DNA of 64,000 nucleotides from Candidatus Moraniibacteriota bacterium (GTDB taxonomy: Bacteria; Patescibacteriota; Minisyncoccia; Moranbacterales; UBA1568): NCBI GenBank assembly GCA_030648835.1, contig JAUSGT010000001.1:551-64550 (forward strand). Reading direction: 5' to 3'. The notes under the pieces were generated by a model. It was not told the DNA's origin. It ran no database searches and worked only from the letters and a program-made list of their open reading frames with translations. Position numbers and translations under genes: made by a program. Below are positions 58,926 to 64,000 of this stretch, one piece after another. The first letter of the stretch is position 1. Each line of letters begins with the position of its first letter.

Positions 58926-61043
58926 ATGCCGATATACAAGGTGCAGAAACGGAGCGGGGGAATCGTCGACTTCAATCTCTCAAAGATCGAGCAGGCTATC
59001 GAGAAGGCGGCCGAAGCAGTGGAAGAGAAGGACACTATCACGGCGCAGGTGTTGGCTGAGGACGTCTATCACCAGCTGGAAGAGCAGTTCGAGGATGGGA
59101 TACCGACCGTGGAAGAAGTGCAGGACATTGTCGAGAGCGTGCTGATTCAGTATGGCTATGCCGAAATCGCCAAGGCGTATATTTTGTATCGTGAGAAGCG
59201 TCGCGAGATGCGCGAGCAAAAGAATGTCGTTGTTCAGGTGGAGAAGGCGGTCAAAGAATATCTGGAAAAGCTCGACTGGAGGGTCAATGCCAATTCCAAC
59301 CAGGGCTACTCTCTGGGCGGGATGATTTTGAATACGGCCGGCAGCGTCATTGCGAACTACTGGTTGTCGCATATCTATCCGAAGAATGTCGGTGACGCGC
59401 ATCGGAATGCCGATATTCACATTCATGATCTGGATATGTTTTCCGGATATTGCGCCGGATGGAGTCTCCGGGCCCTTCTCGAAGAAGGTTTCAACGGGGT
59501 TCCAAACAAGATAGAATCCGCACCGCCGAAACATCTGGTCTCCGCCGTTTCGCAAATGGTAAATTTCCTTGGCACATTGCAAAATGAATGGGCGGGTGCG
59601 CAAGCGTTTTCCAGCTTCGATACGTACATGGCGCCGTTTGTGAAGAAGTACGAGATGGAACTCCGGGTCGATATCAAGAAATACGGTATGAAGTTCACGT
59701 CGAAAAAAGCCAAGGAGAAGTATGTGAAAGAAAAGACCTACGCGTATGTCTATCAGAACATCCAATCATTCGTATTCAACTTGAACATCCCTTCGCGTTG
59801 GGGGACGCAGACGCCGTTCACCAATATCACGCTCGACTGGGATTGCCCGGAAGATATGAAAGAGAAACGTCTCTTGCTCGGGGGCAAGCCGTTCGAATAT
59901 ACGTTCGGTGAGCTCCAACCGGAGATGGATATCGTCAATCGGGCGTTTATCGAAGTGATGTCGAAGGGTGATGCCAGAGGGAGAACTTTTACTTTTCCGA
60001 TCCCGACGTACAACGTGACCAAAGACTTTGATTGGGAGGACCCAAAAAATCTGGCGCTTTTCGAGATGACCGCCAAGTATGGGACGCCGTATTTCCAGAA
60101 CTTTATGAATTCCGATCTCAATCCGAGCGATGTGCGTTCGATGTGTTGCCGATTGCAGTTGGATTTGCGCGAATTGCGCAAGCGCGGTGGAGGACTCTTC
60201 GGTTCGGCGGAAATGACCGGATCCATCGGCGTGGTGACGATAAACGCGGCGCGTATCGGCTATTTGGCGAAGGGCGACAAAGAAAAATTCTTCAAGCGTA
60301 TTGAGCATCTTATGGAATTAGCCAAGACCTCGCTCGAGATCAAACGCAAAGAAGTCCAAAAATGGATCGATCGTGGACTTTTTCCCTATACCAAGCGCTA
60401 TCTCGGCTATTTGAAGAACCATTTTTCGACGATCGGTATCAATGGTATCAATGAGGCCATTCGCAATTTCACGAACGACGAGGAAAATATCACCACAGAG
60501 AAAGGACATAAATTTGCCGAGGAATTGCTCGATTTTATGCGTGAACGCATCAAAGATTTTCAGGAAGAGACGGGCAGTTTCTACAATCTGGAAGCCACAC
60601 CGGCCGAAGGGACGACGTATCGTTTTGCCAAAGAAGACAGAAACCGTTTCCCGGAAATTCTCCAGGCCGGTACCGTGGAGGCCCCGTACTATACAAACTC
60701 TTCGCAGGTCCCGGTCGGTTACACGGACGATGTGTTCGAAGTGTTGGAATTGCAAGACAGCCTGCAAACCAAATATACCGGTGGGACGGTTCTTCACTGT
60801 TATATGAACGAGAGAGTCAGTTCCGGACAAGCCTGCCGTAATTTGGTGCGGAGCATTCTTTCCAATTTCCGTTTGCCCTATATCACCATCACGCCAACTT
60901 TCTCGATTTGTCCGAAGCATGGATATCTTGAAGGAGAGTACGATTATTGTCCAAAGTGTGATCAGGAACTTGGTATTGAAGGCGGTACCCGGTTTGATAA
61001 GGAAGCGCGTAAGAAGTATCAGAGTGCCAGTGCCGAGAGATGA
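58926..61043 (+). CDS. nrdD: Class III anaerobic ribonucleotide reductase, large part (ATP cone + catalytic barrel)
   Basis: VQKRSG ATP cone, IHIHDL, RSMCCRL, EATPAEG and CPKH...CPKC. Lacks the RxxGY loop. Confidence 0.92.
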   Translation: MPIYKVQKRSGGIVDFNLSKIEQAIEKAAEAVEEKDTITAQVLAEDVYHQLEEQFEDGIPTVEEVQDIVESVLIQYGYAEIAKAYILYREKRREMREQKNVVVQVEKAVKEYLEKLDWRVNANSNQGYSLGGMILNTAGSVIANYWLSHIYPKNVGDAHRNADIHIHDLDMFSGYCAGWSLRALLEEGFNGVPNKIESAPPKHLVSAVSQMVNFLGTLQNEWAGAQAFSSFDTYMAPFVKKYEMELRVDIKKYGMKFTSKKAKEKYVKEKTYAYVYQNIQSFVFNLNIPSRWGTQTPFTNITLDWDCPEDMKEKRLLLGGKPFEYTFGELQPEMDIVNRAFIEVMSKGDARGRTFTFPIPTYNVTKDFDWEDPKNLALFEMTAKYGTPYFQNFMNSDLNPSDVRSMCCRLQLDLRELRKRGGGLFGSAEMTGSIGVVTINAARIGYLAKGDKEKFFKRIEHLMELAKTSLEIKRKEVQKWIDRGLFPYTKRYLGYLKNHFSTIGINGINEAIRNFTNDEENITTEKGHKFAEELLDFMRERIKDFQEETGSFYNLEATPAEGTTYRFAKEDRNRFPEILQAGTVEAPYYTNSSQVPVGYTDDVFEVLELQDSLQTKYTGGTVLHCYMNERVSSGQACRNLVRSILSNFRLPYITITPTFSICPKHGYLEGEYDYCPKCDQELGIEGGTRFDKEARKKYQSASAER

Positions 61044-61077
61044 AAACAAAAATAATTAATCATATAAAAGTAACATT

Positions 61078-61290
61078 ATGACCAAAGGTAAGAAGGGCCG
61101 GACAGCAGAGATAGAATCACAACGCACACACTGTGAAGTATGGACGCGCGTGATGGGGTATCATCGTCCGGTTTCTCATTTTAATATCGGTAAAAAGTCT
61201 GAGCACTATTCGCGCAAGCACTTTCAGGAGACGGTGGCTGCCAATCACGAATTTTGCGAGAAGTATCAGCTTCAGTCGCAAGCTTGTTAG
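61078..61290 (+). CDS. Stand-alone NrdD glycyl-radical domain
   Basis: CEVWTRVMGYHRPV..FN.GK motif. Confidence 0.88.
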   Translation: MTKGKKGRTAEIESQRTHCEVWTRVMGYHRPVSHFNIGKKSEHYSRKHFQETVAANHEFCEKYQLQSQAC

Positions 61291-61306
61291 CCATGGTACA
61301 GAGAAA

Positions 61307-61454
61307 ATCTTTCGCCGCAAGAATCTTCCCGGGAGAGTTGAAGTTTTTTTGAGCATGGTGCTGCCGTTTCGGCAGATCAAAAAAAGTTCATAAGTGGAGT
61401 TCGTCGCTGGATGAACGGAACGGCTCCCGAGGAGGTTGCTTGCGGTCGGAAGAT
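61307..61454 (-). repeat. Structured intergenic repeat, copy 3 of 3 (reverse orientation)
   Basis: The reverse complement contains TGAACTTTTTTTGATC-TGCCGAAACGGCA-GCACCATGCTCAAAAAAACTTCAA. Confidence 0.8.
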
Positions 61455-61496
61455 GAATAGATGGAAGAGGGAGAAGAGTTTCTTGTTTTGAAAGAT

Positions 61497-62204
61497 ATGA
61501 TTTTGAGCGGCATCCAAAAATTCACTCTGATTGATTTTCCCGGCAAAATAGCCTGTGTGCTCTTCACCGGTGGTTGCAATTACCGGTGTGGTTTCTGCCA
61601 CAATCCGGAGTTTGTTCTGCCGGAAGAATTGGCCAAGCTCTCCAAAAGTTTCATTCCGGAAGTGGCGGCGCTCAATTTTCTGAAGAGACGGAGGGGGATG
61701 CTTGAGGGAGTGGTGATCTCCGGTGGTGAGCCGACCATTATGCCCGACCTGGAAAGCTTCATCGTGAAAGTGCGGGATCTGGGATTTGCCGTGAAGCTTG
61801 ATTCCAACGGTAATCGTCCGGAAGTGCTGCGCTCACTGATTGAAAAAAAGTTGGTGGACTATATCGCGATGGATTTCAAAACGAGTCTGCCGGAATATCA
61901 ATCGCTTGTTGGCAAATGGGCGGATGAGAAGAAGTTGCAAGAGAGCATCAACCTTCTGAAACAAGGGGATGTCGATTATGAATTCCGTACGACGCTCGTC
62001 CGTGAAGTGCATACGCCGGAGATTCTCGAGGCTATGAGCAAAACGTTGGTGGGATCCAAACGTCTTTATTTGCAAACCTTTCGGCCTGGCATCGTGCTTG
62101 ATCCTACTTTCAAGGATTATCATGCTTTTTCTTCGGAAGAGATGCAAGACATCGCAAAACTTTTTTCTGCCAGCGTGGAAGAAGTATCTCTTCGTGAGGA
62201 ATGA
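61497..62204 (+). CDS. nrdG: Anaerobic RNR activating radical SAM enzyme
   Basis: TLIDFPG, GCNYRCGFCHN and SGGEPT motifs. Confidence 0.92.
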   Translation: MILSGIQKFTLIDFPGKIACVLFTGGCNYRCGFCHNPEFVLPEELAKLSKSFIPEVAALNFLKRRRGMLEGVVISGGEPTIMPDLESFIVKVRDLGFAVKLDSNGNRPEVLRSLIEKKLVDYIAMDFKTSLPEYQSLVGKWADEKKLQESINLLKQGDVDYEFRTTLVREVHTPEILEAMSKTLVGSKRLYLQTFRPGIVLDPTFKDYHAFSSEEMQDIAKLFSASVEEVSLREE

Positions 62205-62221
62205 TATGCTAGAGTAGGGAC

Positions 62222-63025
62222 ATGGGGCGGAAACTTTTACTCATTCTTTTTGTGATAGTTGTCGTCTCGGGTGTGGCGATCCGCCGTTTTCCGACTGTTT
62301 TTTTGCACGGCGGAGAGGAAAAGCCTGTAAAATCCGGAGATATTGCCTCTCAAGAACCGAACACTCAACCGACAATTGTTTCTGAAAAAGAAGTATCAGC
62401 AGATCTGAAGGAGTCCGCCCAAGGCGGATCCGCCTTGGGCGGAAGCAGTCTGATAGAGAATGTGCCTTTTACGGTGCAGGCACCGTTTGGCGAGTGGGAT
62501 GTTGTGACATTTCAAGACGGTTGTGAGGAAGCAGCGCTGGTTATGGTCGCTCACTGGCTTTCCGGAAAACCATTGACCAGAGAAATAGCCAAGAAAGAAA
62601 TCATGGACCTTGCCGGCTTTGAAGACAAAAAATACGGACAATCGATCGATACTTCGGCGGAAGATACGCAAAAACTTTTGATGGAGTATTATGGTGTGAC
62701 TACTTCGGAACTGCGTACGGACATTTTAATGACCGATATACAAGAGACCTTGGCAATTGGCGCTATCGTAATTGTTCCGGCAGACGGGAGAAAACTTATG
62801 AACCCAAATTATAAGCAGCCTGGACCGACCACACATATGCTGGTGGTGATTGGGTATGACGCGGGGAAAAAAGAATTCATCGCCAATGACTCCGGAACGA
62901 GGAAAGGGCAGGGGTACCGGTATAAAGAAGATATCCTTTATGAAGCGATCCGCAATTATCCGACAGGTGACCATTTACCGATTCGAGGAATACATAAAGA
63001 TATGATTGTGGTCAGCAAGCCGTGA
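62222..63025 (+). CDS. Peptidase C39-like protein
   Basis: VPFTVQAP, DGCEEA, HMLVVIGYD and NDSGT motifs. Confidence 0.82.
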   Translation: MGRKLLLILFVIVVVSGVAIRRFPTVFLHGGEEKPVKSGDIASQEPNTQPTIVSEKEVSADLKESAQGGSALGGSSLIENVPFTVQAPFGEWDVVTFQDGCEEAALVMVAHWLSGKPLTREIAKKEIMDLAGFEDKKYGQSIDTSAEDTQKLLMEYYGVTTSELRTDILMTDIQETLAIGAIVIVPADGRKLMNPNYKQPGPTTHMLVVIGYDAGKKEFIANDSGTRKGQGYRYKEDILYEAIRNYPTGDHLPIRGIHKDMIVVSKP

Positions 63026-63075
63026 TACGCCGCACCTTATGATATAATAAACAGATAACGAGTAACGCTATTTAT

Positions 63076-63429
63076 ATGGGGCTATTTTCCTCAATGGCAA
63101 AAAAGCCAGCAGCGGCATCGATGAAGCCGATAGTCTCTCATCCGGAGCCACCCACTTTGAGCCATCAGGACAGACGGGCATCAAGCCAGCACGGCCATGG
63201 GCTAATTACCGAGCACGAACTTGGGGGAATAGCATACAAACTTCAGCATAAATTGGGAGAAAAAAGAGGGGGCGAGATAAAGGAGTTATTGGAAGAGAAT
63301 ATGCACGGAGGCGTTTTGAGGGAAATAAAAGTAGACAAAGTAATGCATGAATTGAAAAGAAATCACCACGATGACATTCGGCAGCGCGATATCGATAAAT
63401 TGGAAGACATAATTGATTCAAAATTGTAA
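63076..63429 (+). CDS. Hypothetical His-rich protein
   Basis: 117-codon ORF downstream of TATAAT; no recognised motif. Confidence 0.55.
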   Translation: MGLFSSMAKKPAAASMKPIVSHPEPPTLSHQDRRASSQHGHGLITEHELGGIAYKLQHKLGEKRGGEIKELLEENMHGGVLREIKVDKVMHELKRNHHDDIRQRDIDKLEDIIDSKL

Positions 63430-63479
63430 CTTTTGTGATGTGGCTACCGTATCTGTCCCGTAGCTGAGTTTATGGAGTT

Positions 63480-64000
63480 ATGGGAGAGAAAATCAATCTT
63501 GAACAAGGAATCGTCTGTACAATGAAGAAGAGTCGGCGCGCGCGACGCGTACGCCTGGCGCTCTACCGTGACAGGAGGGTCGTACTGACACTTCCGTTTT
63601 TTGTTTCTTATAAGCGAGGGCAACAATTTTTGAAAAGCAAAGAAGAATGGATTCGTAGAACACTTCGAAAACTTACCTCGCGTCCGGAAAATATTTTGCG
63701 TCGAGGCAGCCGGAAGGAGTATCGGGATTCCCGAGAGCTAGCACGACAGCTTATAGAGGAAAGGCTGGCATATTTTCAGAAATTTTATGCCGTCATCTGG
63801 AAACGAGTGAGTATCCGCAACCAAAAAACGCGCTGGGGCAGCTGTTCACGAGCGGGGAGCCTTTCTTTCAATTATCGGCTTCTCTTATTGCCTCCGCATC
63901 TGCGGGATTATATTATTGTTCACGAATTGTGTCATCTCAAAGAGTTGAATCACTCACGGCGCTTCTGGGCGCTGGTCGTCCAGACTTTTCCTGATTACCT
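63480..64000 (+). CDS. M48/YgjP-like metallopeptidase, truncated by the window end
   Basis: Manual translation from ATG 63480: KKSRRARRVRL...RNQKTRWGSCS...DYIIVHELCHL...NHS.RFW. Confidence 0.85.
   Translation, partial: MGEKINLEQGIVCTMKKSRRARRVRLALYRDRRVVLTLPFFVSYKRGQQFLKSKEEWIRRTLRKLTSRPENILRRGSRKEYRDSRELARQLIEERLAYFQKFYAVIWKRVSIRNQKTRWGSCSRAGSLSFNYRLLLLPPHLRDYIIVHELCHLKELNHSRRFWALVVQTFPDY

Overview
Chromosomal segment of a probable Candidate Phyla Radiation bacterium (Patescibacteria/Parcubacteria-like; inferred from gene content, an intron-bearing 23S rRNA, long low-complexity extensions and characteristic palindromic repeats). It starts with the 3' end of a 23S rRNA, which appears to follow a group I intron at the E. 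coli-2593 site, and a 5S rRNA. Housekeeping genes follow: rodA, secG, a peptide-binding protein, PGI/PMI, mannose-1-P guanylyltransferase, rnj, murF/ddl, trpS, a phosphomannomutase, ychF, rel, zur/ZIP, groL with CIRCE, topA, dprA and six tRNAs. Further on are a PIN-PhoH gene, a copper-homeostasis/ECF-sigma cluster, a PAS-ECF sigma fusion and a split class III ribonucleotide reductase. The most striking feature is a ~14 kb locus (19199-33002) around a PilB/GspE ATPase. It encodes four large exported proteins with unrelated N-terminal heads (Ig-like, PKD-like, RCC1 propeller, TSP1). All four end in the same six-cysteine module and terminal motif G-x-R-[YF]-C-[DN]-[FY]-N-[WY]-K-E-V-[AS]-P-stop, and each is directly preceded by a membrane-anchored partner. 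In one case the partner is fused in frame through an internal signal peptide. This may be an undescribed interchangeable type IV pilus tip-adhesin or C-terminal sorting system. Also notable are a three-copy covarying structured intergenic element, a two-copy MITE-like family with TTGA duplications, and a 57-bp duplication of the topA 3' end. All calls were made by eye; no searches were run.
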